64,000 nt of DNA from Tubulanus polymorphus (Eukaryota > Animalia > Nemertea), in NCBI RefSeq assembly GCF_964204645.1, contig NC_134031.1, forward strand, positions 5,332,001 through 5,396,000, read 5' to 3'. Position 1 is the first letter of the stretch. Every line of letters starts with the position of its first letter. Below the pieces are notes generated by a model, which worked only from the letters and a program-made list of their open reading frames with translations, did not search any database and was not told where the DNA came from. A program made the position numbers and the translations under genes. Shown piece after piece: positions 25,201 to 40,200 of the stretch.

Positions 25201-28200
25201 TTTCGTCATTGGTTGAGTTACGTGAAGAAACAGCAACAGAAAAAAGAACGGCATCAAAGGTTATTATGATTTTGGCTCGAATCGTCTAGACTCGATATGT
25301 CAAAATTGAAGAGATTAATGTCTTCAAACAAGAAATAACTAAAACAGAGTCAGCCACTTACCTGGAAATCAGGGAAAAGTCCTAGAATTTTCATTTCTTT
25401 AAAAAAGTCATTGGATAGTCAAGGAATTTTGTAAAAAAAGCTTAAAATCAGGCAAAAGTCAGGGAAATTTTTTGTGATTGCTAGATCCCGTGTAAAATCA
25501 AACAGTTTCTGTCTATGTCTTACATATTTAACTGTGATAACTGATTGGATTCTTAGCAGATCAAGTCAGGGAAAACACCACGTATGTCAGGGAATAATTG
25601 GGGAAATAGCAAGTGTCCACCCTGTAGAGTAAACATTACGCGCTGGACTTCCCATATTTCGATTCAAATTGAATGATCCCCTAATAATGCAAAACAAAAA
25701 ATCTTCAAACTATTGCAACTGAAATGTTCACCACTTTAATTGCCATTGTCTGCTGTAATTCAAAATTACCAAACGTCAACGAAAATCACTGGTCTCAATT
25801 GATTCAATTAAGAAGAAGTACCTACCATTTTAATATTTTTCTTAACTAACCGGTATCTAATATCTTTTTAGAGCTGACGATTTTCATCGGCGTCGTCTCG
25901 AGCGGTTTCATTTCAAACGGTGGAAGTCGAGTCTGATATCTCTAGAACAGGAACAATGCGCCGATAGTCTACGCAGATGCCATCTGCTCGTGCGGGGTCT
26001 ACGAGCTTTCAAACAGTCCGTATGGATGAGCAAACTAGAAAACAGTATCCGACTACAGGAAAAACGTCGACGAAGTGCCTCGAGATATTTCTATCTGGTA
26101 GGTTTCGAGTTCTGATACTCTCAAGTGGGAACGCAATCATTTGAAACTAACCTAGAGCCGGGGAAAATGTGTGAATTCTAAATAGGCCAAATTTGACTCG
26201 GGCTTGATCTGGCCCGAATCATCTCTATGCGATCACAGCTTAATCATTAATCTGATGGTTAACTTGAACCCACATTCAAGCAACTGACCCCTGAACTGTG
26301 GAACTGAGTCTTGAAGAATCAGATTTCAATCTGAAACAGTGCATGAGAATCTATGAGTCTTAATTACCAGTTACTACATATCTCTACAGTATAATTCTAA
26401 CCAAAAGCTGGTCTCTGCCTATTAAAGCCAGATTTTCTAAAGCTTCTGCTTGAATAAGGGAAAGGACTAAGTTTGATTTATTTCTATAGACAACTAGTTG
26501 AGTAGTAAACATTAGATGGATAGATAGGTCTATCGTTATTTTTTGTAGTGGCATGGTAAAACTGTTGCGAGGAGACGTCGATTAGCGGAGAAATTTTTCA
26601 ACAAGTGGAGGAAATTTGTACAACGCGCAAAAAGGTAAATCACCTCTGGGCTTTATTTTCGACTCGAAAACTTTCACTTTTTCACCAGCGTTTACTTGAA
26701 AATTGTCGATTCTTTGCAACTTTAGGAAACGGAGCTTGAACGAAAAACGAACTTTTTTCGTGACGAAAAAAGCGTTTATTCATTGGAAAGAATCTTACAA
26801 CGACAAACAACGAATGAACATAGCCTCGATACATCATAGGTATGATTTCTAGATAAAGCAATTAATTTGCTGCACAATTGCTTACAATATCATGGCCCTC
26901 TAAACATTTTTTCCAAGAAAATACTGTGAACTCCTTTCATTTGGGACCGATTCAAATTTTTGTTCACGTTAGGCAATAATTAGAAAGTGGTATTTAATTT
27001 GCATTCTGTTGAAAATGGTCTAAGATTTATGTTTGAGTTAAAGAGATAATTCGATTTAAAGTATTTGAGTTAGGAGGAAGTAGGACGAGCGCATTGAAAT
27101 CCATGTGACAAAAAACAACTTTCAGCATGCCAAAACAAAACAACAAAATATCCCTTTTAAAACGTACCTTTTCCTTTATGATAAGGCTCTGTTTACTGAA
27201 ATGTATTGTATTTCACAGGTTAATGGAATTGTACAAGTATTTGATGATTTGGAGAGTTTATTCGTCAGGGCGTCAACTCTACTATCAAAATCAAGAAATT
27301 GCCAGGTACAATAGACAAATACGGTAAACTTTGTGAGATTTTAAACTCGTATTAATGATAGTAGTTATTGATTTCCCATTTTGATCACTATCCAGCTGGG
27401 AGAAGTAGATTGTTCATTCACTCAAGTTCAGATTCAGGAAAAATAAAACTGATATGATAAATGGACATTTTTTGTGATTATAGATTACAGTCGGAAAGTA
27501 AAACGATGGATAAAGCTTTCCGACAAATGAAAACAGCCGTCAGAAATAATCGCATTGCTCAAGCGCATTACAGGTGAATGTGAAACCCAAGAGAGAAATT
27601 GCGACCATTTCAGTTCCATAGATCGTGTTACCAGTAGATTTGTCTCCAGTGTCAGAAGTAGCTCACTGTCATTTTTAACTGAGATGGATTTATATCTGGA
27701 ACTGAATCCAGTTTTTCTTCATTCAAAAAAGTCTTAAGTTAGAAATGAATGTTGACATGGGGAATGTTAATTAACCTATTCGCAGCCAGGTACCAATATA
27801 CAATGTACTTCCAGTTCTGTCACCTGGGCCACTACAAATATATTCATACCTAGCTGATTCCTCATATTCACAGTTAGATATTTGCACTCTGACACACAGG
27901 AATAACACAGTTCCTGATTGGCTGGCAATGTGAACAAACTCATCTTCATTCTCAATGCTCAATGGTCAATTTTGAACACGGGCTGACTTTGTAAGCCAAT
28001 GACAACCTGATGACAATGAGTACATGTATATTCATAGTGGCAGTGAACGTGTTAGATATTATCTAATGTGCATTTGAATGAAAAAATCTGAATTCAGTTT
28101 ATATAGTTCCTTTATGACAATTATATTAAACATTGTATTTGATCGATTTAGTAGTTAATGAGGCAGTTTTTGTTTTCTCTTATTTAAGGAATAAACTGAT

Positions 28201-31200
28201 GTTGTGTACTGTTACTGAATGGCACAACAGCTGTAAAATATCACGAGCGAGAGATCAACAACTCGGTGCGACAGTAGTTCAACTACGTAGGCGTCATCTT
28301 TTACACTTCGGTCTGAATCTGTGGAGGAAACGATATCGTGAAAAACAAGCTGATCGGTTCCGTCAATCGCGTACTGTCAGGTGAAATTCAGATGGCTCGA
28401 TCAACAGGGAATCTTACCTGACTAGAGGGTCCCTACAGCTTGGTTCCTTAAAAACTCCTAAACATAGAAATGCTTTTAAAAGTGCTTGAAACTACTTTCA
28501 TTTGAGCAAAATTCCCAAAACTCCTTTAAAACTCCTTCATTATGAGATATGAAAATCTAAAAAATTTTGTCTAGTTTGTAGTTGTACAGGTAACTACACC
28601 TAGATCGATACAGTTGGGATCAGGTTTTTTTTTCATTAGATTAGGCAGTTACCGCATTAGAAACTGGGTTTAGTAGGGTAAAGGATAAAAACCACTGAAA
28701 TACCGGTTTATTCAGATAAAAAGTAACAATTAAGTTGGAGTCTCCGGTAATTGGGATATGAAAGTGATGCAGACGCGTCCTGAAAATTTTAAACTTTCTC
28801 CTTGAAAACTCCTTATACCCAAGAATGAAAGATCTTCAGGAACCCTGTATATCGTAACTAATTTCAAAAAGTTCAAAAGTATTCGTGAGGTCTGATTATA
28901 AAGAGTCGCGATGTTTCATGTTTACAGGGTATACTTCGTTAGATGGGGTCAAAGAATCAGCGAACGTGAGGATTTTCGAGCTCAAATTTGCGCGATTCGA
29001 GTTATCGACCAGTGGCGTCGTTACGTGAGAATCCGAGAACAGGAACGTCATAAAGCCACTAGAATCATACAGACGAGTTGGTTACGATTTCTTCTTCTGA
29101 AGTGGAAAGCAAAAACTGTCGAGATATCAAATTTAAAGTACGTGAATACTTTTGTTCTTTGTTGCCATTTGTTTTTAAGGTCTTATGTTAAGAGTTGTAA
29201 TTCCAGAATCAAATATTAACTGATCACTGTATAAGTGGCTCCTGGTTTCATAGACAAAATGTAGATCAATTATATGTATATCTAATTTAGACAAATGGTT
29301 ATCTTCATCACTATGGGACCATTCATACAGCATCTAGGCTAATTGGGGAGGGGGGTTTGAAAAATCAGCATAAATGATGTTCAATGGCAGAGGCAGATCC
29401 AGAAAGGAATTTTGAAGGACTTCGATGTCCACAAAGGTGTACTCCTACACTGAGGAGCTCATTTTGAAGAACTTGTCATGTCTTAATAACACGTATCATT
29501 TTCATTCAGGAAGCAGGTTAGAAATTTACGGCAGGGATGGGTGCACAGGCGGATGCGTCTTGCGTGGTTTACTTGGCTGGTGAAATATGAAAGAGTTCAC
29601 TATACAAGACTCTCTCGTAATCAGTGGTCGATGTATTGCGTAAGAAAAGCAGCGAAACACTGGTTACGAGTGACCAGATGGAAAAAATTAGAAGTCCTAC
29701 ATGAAAGAGCTCGAGTTATGAGAGAACAAACTTATATCAGAGGTAACTTTTCATGAAGGAATTTTTGCATGAAATCAGGGAAAAGTCGGTAATTTGTTGA
29801 GATAGAGCATACATAAAATCAAACAGTTTCCGTCTATGTCTTATGTATTCGACTGTGTTAATTGATTTCATTCTAAGCAAATCAAGTCAGGGAAAATAAC
29901 GTGCATGTCAGGGAATATTCAGAGGGAAAAAAAAGTCAAATATAAAAGTGGCCATCCTGATAATGCAGTATTAAGCTTTTATGGACCTAATTTTTTGAGA
30001 AAAAAAATGAATACCAGGTATAAAACTACCGGTAATATTCATATTAGAATTTGCTTCTGTATCTGTTCATCCTTTCTTGTAGTTTCATTTACGAAATGGA
30101 AGACAGCGACAGTTGAAAATCGTTGGAATCTACGACGCGCCGATGACTTGAACAAACGCCAATCTCAACGTAGATTACGGAGAATGCTAGACGCGTGGTT
30201 CATCTATACGAAACAATCGCGAACTATCCAGTCGCTTCATACCCGAGTCAGGTGTACAATTCTGACGAAAGCTTTCGACGGATGGCGTTCGCGCGCCGCC
30301 TTAAAGAAAGATCATGATCAGAAACTAAATCGCCGTCAACTCGAAACCCAACGTAAGACGTTCAATTCATGGAGGTAGGTGAAATCTTTATCTTTTCGGC
30401 TTGACCGGTAGACTGATATTGATCTCAGTATTTAGGAGTTAATTAACAAAACCCAAAGTTGATGATTTTACAATTTATTCTGACAGTGTTGAAGTTTTGA
30501 CTAAACCTCATCATCAGATTTTCTGTTTCTCTGATGTTCAAGTGTAGTCAAAACTTCGAAGAAACTGTCAGAATAAATTGTTGAATCATCAACTGTGGGT
30601 TCTGTTCATTGACTTGGCCAGAGCTGCCCACTCATCCTACTTATCAATCTTTGTTAATATTTTGTCGCGAGAAATACTGATTTGATTTGTTTGATGCGTA
30701 CAGAAATATGAAAGTTGTTACTGAGGGTCTTACTGTTGATTACTGATTATTGGGTGATTTGAAAATTTTCCTTCATATATCAATGAAATGTTACTGAAAA
30801 CAAATTTGTTACTGCTAGCACTTTACAGAGGTTGGCAGCCCTGCTGGCTACTGGTAGCTGCAGGGTCCACTTTCCATGAATCAGAATGGCTGAAAGGTTT
30901 CCGATCACGGGTTACATTTTTACGGTATGTTTATTTTTCTTTATCTTTTGCAGGTTAGAGCTACAAAAGCAGAAGATCGCCGGAGACTTTGAGCAGCTCG
31001 TTTTTAACCGTCGTGCCGTAGATATATTCAGAAGTTGGAAATACGTCGTGCAAAGACGAAAAATCGCTCAACAATTCAACATCAGACGCTTACTCAGGTT
31101 ATGCGTGAACGTCTGGAAAATGGAATACGAGATGAGAATTGATAGGAAGGAAATGAGAATCGGAAATCAGGTGATTCTGATTCTTTGAATAACTAAGATA

Positions 31201-34200
31201 TTAGACTTGTTACGGTGATACGTGTATATGGTTGTAAGACAGTCTTGAATCAAAACCTTGACTGAACTACTCACCTAGGTCTGGACTGGAGCCAGGACCC
31301 GGTTTCACAGTAGTTAGTTAACCCTTTCAGCGTGTCTACACCGCAGTGTGACTTATAAATCTGTGATGGACATGCCACAGTGCGGTGTATTGATGTTATT
31401 AGCAATTCGTTGTTGTCTATGGAATTATGGCAACACACATCAAACATGCAGAAATATTACGATTGATTAAACACTATATCCGTGTGAAGCTAAGTAGAGA
31501 GAATCCCACAATTATAACGGAAAAACAAAGTCCAAAAATGTAACTGAAGCTAGTAGTTTATTCAACGTTTCAATTATATCCTAATAGTCATCTTCAGGAA
31601 TAATGAATTACAACAAAAATTATGAGATATATAGACAATCCAGAAACAAAGAGACTAATTCAAGTAATCAGAGATGATACAAATTAAAGGAAAATTAACG
31701 TAGAAACAGTACACCTCACCGCAGTATAGACGCACTATAGCCATGTGCCAGTTATACAACGTACTGGGGTCAAATTTTTTTTTTGGGGGGGATTGTTTTC
31801 AAATCATCTCCAGCATTTCAGGGTATTAGTTAGTCGGAACTGAAAATTTAACCTGTATTCCAATATTTCACTTGCAAAAGATTTAGCTGGGTTCTTGTCA
31901 TTTTACAATGTTTGTATCTGTATTTCAGTTGCGCAAACACGTTACGAAGAAAGCTTGTATGAAAATTTGGAAACTAACGACAGATCGACAAGTGCTCGTT
32001 CAGGAGATTATCACTACTCGACTGGATGAAAAACGAAAAGTGCGTTACTTGAAAGTTTACATGCAAAATTGGAAATGCGCATTGCGTAACCAACACACAG
32101 CCAGGTAACCAAACAGTTCCCTAAATACTAATTTATATATCATGCCTCGTCCTTGAATTCTAATTAACTCTGAGATGAATCAATCCCTAAATTGATTTCA
32201 CTATGACTCAGTTCCTCCACAAAGTATTGTCTCATGCTATCAAAGATTTCCTATTGTCATATCCTTCGTCATGAAGATGTGTACTATTCCAAAAAAAAAT
32301 CAGAATTTTGATTATATTTCAAACAAAATTGTCTCTCATGCATTTTTTTACTGCTTGCTCGATGCCGGCTTAAGCCCAAAATAAATAGGTGCATGACGTT
32401 TCCAAAACGTTTTCGAAATGTCATGCGCCGCAAAGGGTTAAGGTACCAGTTTCTTACAAGCTCGGCATTTTTCTGGTCCCTCATCCATTTTCAGTTATAT
32501 GTCCTGTAAAATGGATCAACTTGTAACTTATTTACAAATAAATCATGTGTGATGTGTTAATCATGCCCAATTTCCTATATGTATCTGAAATTGAAAAGGA
32601 AAAATGATAACAATACTGTTTTTTCAATTCAAGTAAATTTCAAGAGAAGAAAACCGTGAACCATTTGAGACACGTGCTGCGACATTGGCATGAGTTATCT
32701 CGTCGGGAAATGAACGACTCGGTTTGCCATCTGAAATCGCGAATCAACGCCGAAGAGCGGAAAATCATCGGCGAAAATCAAAACTCGTCGTGTCGCCGAG
32801 ATTCGGCGATTACGGTTAGAAAAATTTCGGCCGGTTCCTTGAATTCGGATTCGTCGGGTTTTAATACGATCAACGCGCAATCGTTATCCGTGAGTTCTTG
32901 TAGCAGCGATGAATCAGAAGATATATTCTTAACTCCGGAGTCGAGTCCACCCCGAAACGACGATCAACGATTACCTCAACAAACGATGGTTCAATCGAGA
33001 GAACGTAACTGGAAGGTAATCCATTGAATTCTAAGGCTGTATAAATGTCAGTTATATCATAAGATAAATAGATTTTTTTTTCAGCTGCAGTCTTAGTTAA
33101 GTTCTGCTCACTTTCAAAGATAAAAATTTAACCTTTAAACTGCAAGAAAATTTGTAATCTGTTCATTTCTATAGCTGCTGAGTCTGTTAAGGCTAGCTTG
33201 ACCATGATTTTGGAACTTTTGGGCTGCAGTATCAGTTGAGTACTGCCAACTTCTTATATGAAGTATTATATATTCGCATATCAGAAAGGTTCCATATATA
33301 GACTTACTGGTATATGAAATTTGGTAAATTTTTTACCAAGAAAAAGCCATATCTTAGGCTAATCCTAATCCTAAGGCTAATCCTCCTAATCAGCTGGGTC
33401 ACTTTTGTAAACTGCAATCAAATTTGTAATCAGTTCATTTCTATCGTTGCCAGGTCTGTTATGGTTAGCTTTATCATGATTTAAAAAAACTGTAATGTCC
33501 AGGGTAGATAGGCGGATGGCCCGGTCAACTTTTTTTAAGCTCAACAGAAATGAGAAACAGCCTATCAATTTCTATTGACTATCAAATCCTATTGTCTTGT
33601 GACTTGAATTCATTATTTGATGCGTTTATTTCAGACTGTGATGTTGAATGCGATTACGAGATGGAAGTACTGGCCAGTTAGTGCCGCGTTTCAGCAGTGG
33701 AAACAGTTTACGCGAGTTTCTAAGGTAGCGCGTGCGGTTACGCGATCGCTCGTCTCGCGTCGGTCTGAGAAACTCGTCAGTGACGTGTTCTATAGCTGGA
33801 AATATCAAACACAACTTTCGATAAGAGCGAGGCAACATCGTGTAAGTGTTTCAACATGATATTTCAGTAATTTTGATTCATTCCTAAAGATTTTGAACTT
33901 TTTTTTACTAGACGTACCTAATACTTACCGGTATTGGTATCAATTGATCGTCTGCTTGCAATTTTAACCCTTTCAGTGCTGACCATTTCTTACCTTAAAG
34001 TGCTGGAGATCATTTGAAAATTTTAAAAAATTCAACTCCAGTGTGTGTTGTATAATGGGCACACCGCTATAGTGCATTTGATGGTTACTAATATTTCTTT
34101 CAATAGAGATTTTAGATAATTACTAATTCAACGCATTGCAATGTACATGCGTTCAAAGGGTCCTATTTTATCCCATACGATGTCCTATTTTCTCCGAAAA

Positions 34201-37200
34201 TTTTAAGACATCGATGGGTAACAGCATAGAATCGAATGAAATGTACTGAAGAGTGCTAAGAAAGGAAAATTTTTTTGTATCTCGAATCTTATCTCTGTCA
34301 CAGGTGTGTTCATTGTTGAATCCGGCCATCGAGACCTGGAAACAATTCTCCGAATTGCATCACAGAAAATCACACGACAAAAGACTGGCGCGCGATTTCT
34401 ATTCGAGCAGATTGACGAGGGTACATTTCAAAGCGTGGAAGCTCAGAACGACAGAAAGGTTCGACGCAGAGGCGCGAGTCCTCAGCTCGACTAAACCGCT
34501 GACGACTAGAGACGTGGACGTTATGAAGTGGAAAGTCGAGACGTTCCGTCGCCGTAAGAACGAACGAAATTTGACGGAATCGTTTCTCGTCTGGAAAGAA
34601 GAATATTACAAACTTCATCTCGCAAAGCGTCACTGTAATCGTATCTCGTTACGCAGGTCAGCAAATGAAAAGATTTTTTTTTAAGTCCTACTTCGAATTT
34701 AGAATTACTGAAGCAAATTTAGTATTCAATCCATTGTTTATTTTAGGTGTTTTTATGCATGGCTGAATTGTTACGATAGTTATAAATATCTAGAGTCAGA
34801 TCTTATAAGACGATCGGAGAGCCATCAACTCAAACGGGTAAGGGCTCGCGCTCAATTCTTCAATCTGAATTAAACTACTAGAGTCGCGAACTTTACCTTA
34901 ATGAACAAATAACCACGGTTGATGATTAAAACATATATTTTCCGACAGTTTCGAACTTTTGACTAAACTTTATCATCAGAGAAGCCAAGATAACATAATA
35001 ATGGTATACAGTAATTTAAATGGAGATTTCTATTTATAGATTACTATATACCAGCCATCATTATGTTATTTTCGTATCAATGACGATGAAGTTCAGACAA
35101 AACTTCGAAACTGTCAAAATATAAATGGTAATCATGGTCTATTTCGTTTTATAATCCATGATTAAATCATCAATTGTGGGTTTTGCTCATTATTCTGAAT
35201 ACTGAGATTGATACCAGTCAAACTTTACCTTGAAAGTGATACCGTTGATTTGCGAGAGATCAAAGGAATATTTCTTATGGTTCGAATTTTGTAGTTCTTT
35301 GGGGAATGGTATGAACGTACTGAAACAGTTAGGATGGCAGCAAATTTTCACAGATGTAACGAAATACAGAAACTCAGGCCCATCCTGCAATCGTGGAAAT
35401 TGTGGAGTTCAGGTAAAAACCCTGTGTTTGACTTAATTAAGATCCCCTATTTAGAGTGAAGTTAGACAATAACTGATGTTCCTTTCTCAGATTTCATGAA
35501 AAAATCGCCTTAATTTTCATCATTTAAGGAACAAACAATTAAACAATTTTCCTAGGTCGACGTGATGAAAGAGAACGAATGTTTCGGTTGAGGGAGGCTT
35601 CACGACGAAGGACAATTGGAACTGTGTTCACTCTATGGAGAAATAAGATTCAAGTAATTCAACTCGGCGACAAGTATTTCTCTATCGGTCTCATCGACAG
35701 GTAGTTACTTACTAGTTCTATTCCAATATTACGTAAATTACAGGGTAGCCACTTGCCTGAAAATCAGGGAAAAGTCTGGGAAATTTGTTGAGGTTGTTAG
35801 ATCGCACGTGTAATCAAACAGTTTCCTTATATGTTGTACGTATTTGACTGTTGATTGAATGTATTCTTGGCAGATCAAGTCAGGGAATACGTGTATGTCA
35901 GGGAATAGGCAGGGGAAAAGCAAGCCAAATAAACATAGCCAACCTGAATAGAAATATTGTATATTCGTTTGATTGAATCGATTATTATCTTATTCGTGTG
36001 ATATATTTATAGGTGTTTTCATGATTGGTTGAATTTGACGCGAAAACGAAAACATGATCGAAAATTGTTCGACGACTTCAGAACATTGCAGAGGAAAAGA
36101 AAGGTATTTCGGTAATGTCAGTCAGAAAGTTGGCATAGTTTCTTGAAGTCTTCTTATCTAGAATGCAGATAAGTTGACATATTTGGCAAATCAGACAAAA
36201 CTTAACCATAAATATGAAACACAGAACCTTTACATGTGCAAATGTAATCTGCTGGCTTATGATAACTAGAAATAGGTAAAAGCAAAGATACATAAACAGG
36301 ATAGTTTTTTTGTATTTTTGGTAAAAGGTCAATGGCAGAGGAGTGACATAGGTGACTTGGTGTTTTTCTCTTCATATACGAAGTCACGCTAATTATTTGA
36401 CTATAAGATAGATTTTCAATTAAAATTAACTGACAAGTAGATGTTCTGGTATGATTTGCAGTTGAGATTGGCATTTTCATTTTGGAGAAAACAACACAAG
36501 CTAAAACTTGAGGTACAACATTGGAAAATTGAACAGAGAAACCGGCTGGTGAGATCAGTTGGTCGGAGGTGGAAAGAAAATGCCGAAAATAGACAAATTC
36601 GAAGGGAATACGAACGAACTATCCAGAGACAAGTAAGAAAATTCTTTTAACCCTTTCATAGCTGAATAGTTTATACCTGAAGGTGCTGGGGATGATTTGA
36701 AAATTTAAAGAAATTCCAACCCAGTGTGTTGAATAACGGGCCTTAAGTGCATCTACACCACAGAGCCATATAACTATAGTTACTAATATTTAACTATATT
36801 TGATGATGCTGATGATGCATTTTTTCCGAGACCTGTAGTATGCCGGTGCTAATGGTTTGCCATGCCTGATGGGTATACTTTGGGAAGGGATCATCAATAA
36901 TTAAGAGTTTTTTCAATCAGTCAATTTTCACGCAATTGGTGGTCATCTTAGTCTTGTCAGTCTTCATGCGTTGATGCGAAAAAGGTCAAGCATTTTACCG
37001 AATAGGCACGGTGGTGTCCCAGACCCTAGTTTGTTTTTTTATTTGAAGGTCGTTGAGCATTGGTCCGCATTCGTCCGATCGCGTTTGAAAGTTTCCTGTA
37101 CGGTTCAACGCGTCGCTTGTCGTTGGTTAGAATATACGCAACATTCGCGACATTTAGAAACTCTGGCGGACGATTTCTGTCGTATCAAGTCGGCCATTCG

Positions 37201-40200
37201 TCTGAACAAAGCTTTCACCAAATGGAAGCAACATTTCCACAAATATCAAGTCAGCGAATTGATGTATGAAGATAGATTGCAGAAACGGTAAAGATCTTCT
37301 TTTTCGGTCAATTAACCATACAAGTTTTGAAATTGTTGGCAAAAATACAATATTTCATTGAAAATCATTGGCTTGTCTGCATATTTTAACATAAGTTACA
37401 AATTCGTAAATTTCAATCGTAAGACTGGTCTTAAGTTAAATTAGTTAAGCTGGTTTTGGACTGGCCCAGTATCACAAAAATGATTAACTCTTAAATCAAT
37501 TTAAGATAACCTGAACTAATGGAGAATAAATTGATTTTAAAGTTAAACCTTTCTGAGAAAAAAATTAGGACCTGTCTTAACTCTGAAATATGACTACGAA
37601 CTGCGCCCAGGTGTATTTTGAAAAATCTTTACTTCGTGAATGATGGCTTATTAACTTCAGTTTCCTTCTTTCTTCAGCGTCTTCAAAGGTTGGTTGAGAA
37701 TCATCCGGCATCAGAAAAACCTGACGTTATCGCTCGTAGCGTTTCAACGCAAGAAAACTCGGCAGCTAGTAAGTCAGCCCCATTCGAAAAGTAAATGAAT
37801 AAATGAACGATAAGTGTTTTTGATTTTCAATCGGTGTATGTTCTTTCAGCTTCACACGACGTTCAGCGTTTGGCGATCGGAATTCCGTCTGCTGAGATTA
37901 CGAGAGGAAATCGTCAACGATCACATTGACAAACACGATCTGAATTTGCTGCGTCAGGTTATCAACGAATGGCATTCGTTTACAAAACAAAGCAAACAAG
38001 AACGGCGGATATTATCTCGGATTCTCGAGGCATGGAACATATTCGTAAATGGCAAGTATTTCTGATATACCTCGTGGTACTCAGAAAATTGTCTTTCCTT
38101 ATTATGGCTGGGTGGCTGGAATGAAGGAAACATTCGACCAATCACAAAAAGATTCCCACTCACACAGAAAAGTCTTTGAAAAATCTTTTTGAAAGATAAT
38201 GCATTCTGACTGCTTCTTAACTAGCTAAGATCCTCTCACTCGTCACTATAGCCATGGTCATTTACGTAACAAGACATATATCTGCCAGTTGAGGGCACAG
38301 GAAATAAGAAAATATCACTCAGGCCTTCTGTATTGTATACCAGGACTGTATGATAAATATGGCTTGTAATAAGCCAGAGAGAATGGCTGAAGGTCGATCA
38401 AAACATCAGGGTCAACCAAAGATTTGGCTCGACTCTGTTCGGGTGGTCAGGGCAGTTCCCTGTAAGACTGATCTGTAGATTACAGGTTTCTTTTCGTTAC
38501 AGGACAAAAATTGCGCAATGATCTCATGAATAGATTTGTGAGCAATCGATTGGTCGAAAGTACGTTCAATTCGTGGAATAAATCGGCCGAACGGATGAAT
38601 CGGGCTAAAGAACACCATGAGAAAATTGTTCAATCCAGGTATGGTACCAATCCCTGACACTTCATGCTTAGTTCTACAGTTTGGATTTTATTCAAGACAC
38701 AGTTTTGTAGTTACACTGAATCTTATCCTATGCATTCGATTTTGACACTGGATTCTTGCCATTGCGTCGGTTTCATTCTAGACCCAGAGAACTGCAGTTA
38801 TGGGTTGAACATCACTAAGTCCTCACAATAATCTTTATTAACCCTTTCAGTGCTGACTAATTGATACCTTATAGTGCTGGAGATAATTTGAATATTTTTA
38901 GAAATTCCACCCTAGTGTGTTGAATAACGGGAATACCACTATAGTGCGTCTACACCGCGGCCGGTGTATTGTTAGTTACTAATATTTCACTATGTTGTTC
39001 AGGTGCTGCCATTTTTCAAGAGAGATAATTACTAATTACATCAATACACCGCAGTGCGGTGTACTAGCAAAATCCATCACCGATTCATACACCGCACTGC
39101 GGTGTAGACACACTGGAAGGGTTAATAGCTCTTCATCTGTTTCATATTGTAAGAGTTTTGAAAGCTTGGTTGAACATCGTTCAGAGGAAGCAGCTTCTGA
39201 AAAACCTAACGGCACAACAGCAAAAAACGGCACTATCGTCGGCTTGGCTTCGATGGAAAATCGTATTTCAAAGAGACAGAAGATATAATGAACTAGCTGC
39301 AAAAGTGAGTATCGCAATGAACCAGTTCAATACTAGTCCAATCTATAAATTCGAGGGCTATGTCTTGAGACAACATGACTCAGTATGCATTAGACAGGGT
39401 GACCACGATTCTGGAAATCAAGGGAACTAATTTCTCTTAGGGAAAACAGGGAATTTGATGAAACTCTGGAAAACACAGGGAAACAGTGTTTGTGTTGCTT
39501 GTGTATTTTCCCCGAGAATTGTGTTTTATGGTATAAGAGCATAACCCACAGTTGATGATTTAACAATCTATTCTGAGTTTTGAAGTTTTGACTAAACTTC
39601 ATCAGCGGAGAAATGACAATCATCAACTGTGGCTTTCACTCATTAACATAATAATAATATTTATTTCGCCATGTACATATGCAGTATAAATGATATAAGC
39701 TTATAGATTATAAACAATTAACATACATACACGGCTGGATGCTTGGATGCTTAACAACTCTATTAGTGCCATTCATAAGAACACAGGGAAAGTTCTGCTT
39801 TTACCGCTAAAACAGGTAATTTGTAAATGGATGGATTGTGGTCGCCCTGTGACGTGCTTTCATTTAAGAATTTACGTTATATTCCAAAGTATCCGTTGTA
39901 ATAAATAGATTCGCTGTTCCCAGCGATGTTTGTAGCAAAGAGGTTCCAACTGTAGCGCTTTCTTCGATTCCAGCTGAGGCAGCATCACAGTCAGGAGGTT
40001 CTGCTTCATTACTTCGAGAGCTGGCTGCAGCAGACGTACATCGTGTTATTGTCGAAGGAACAGAATCGTCGCTCGCTACAGACGTCGTTTACTCACTGGA
40101 AATCGCGAGTGAATCCCGCGCAGATTACGCATGATCGGGAACAGAGCTGGGGCGTTTTCGCTAGACAGTTAAGATCGGATAAACAGATTCAAATCGATAA

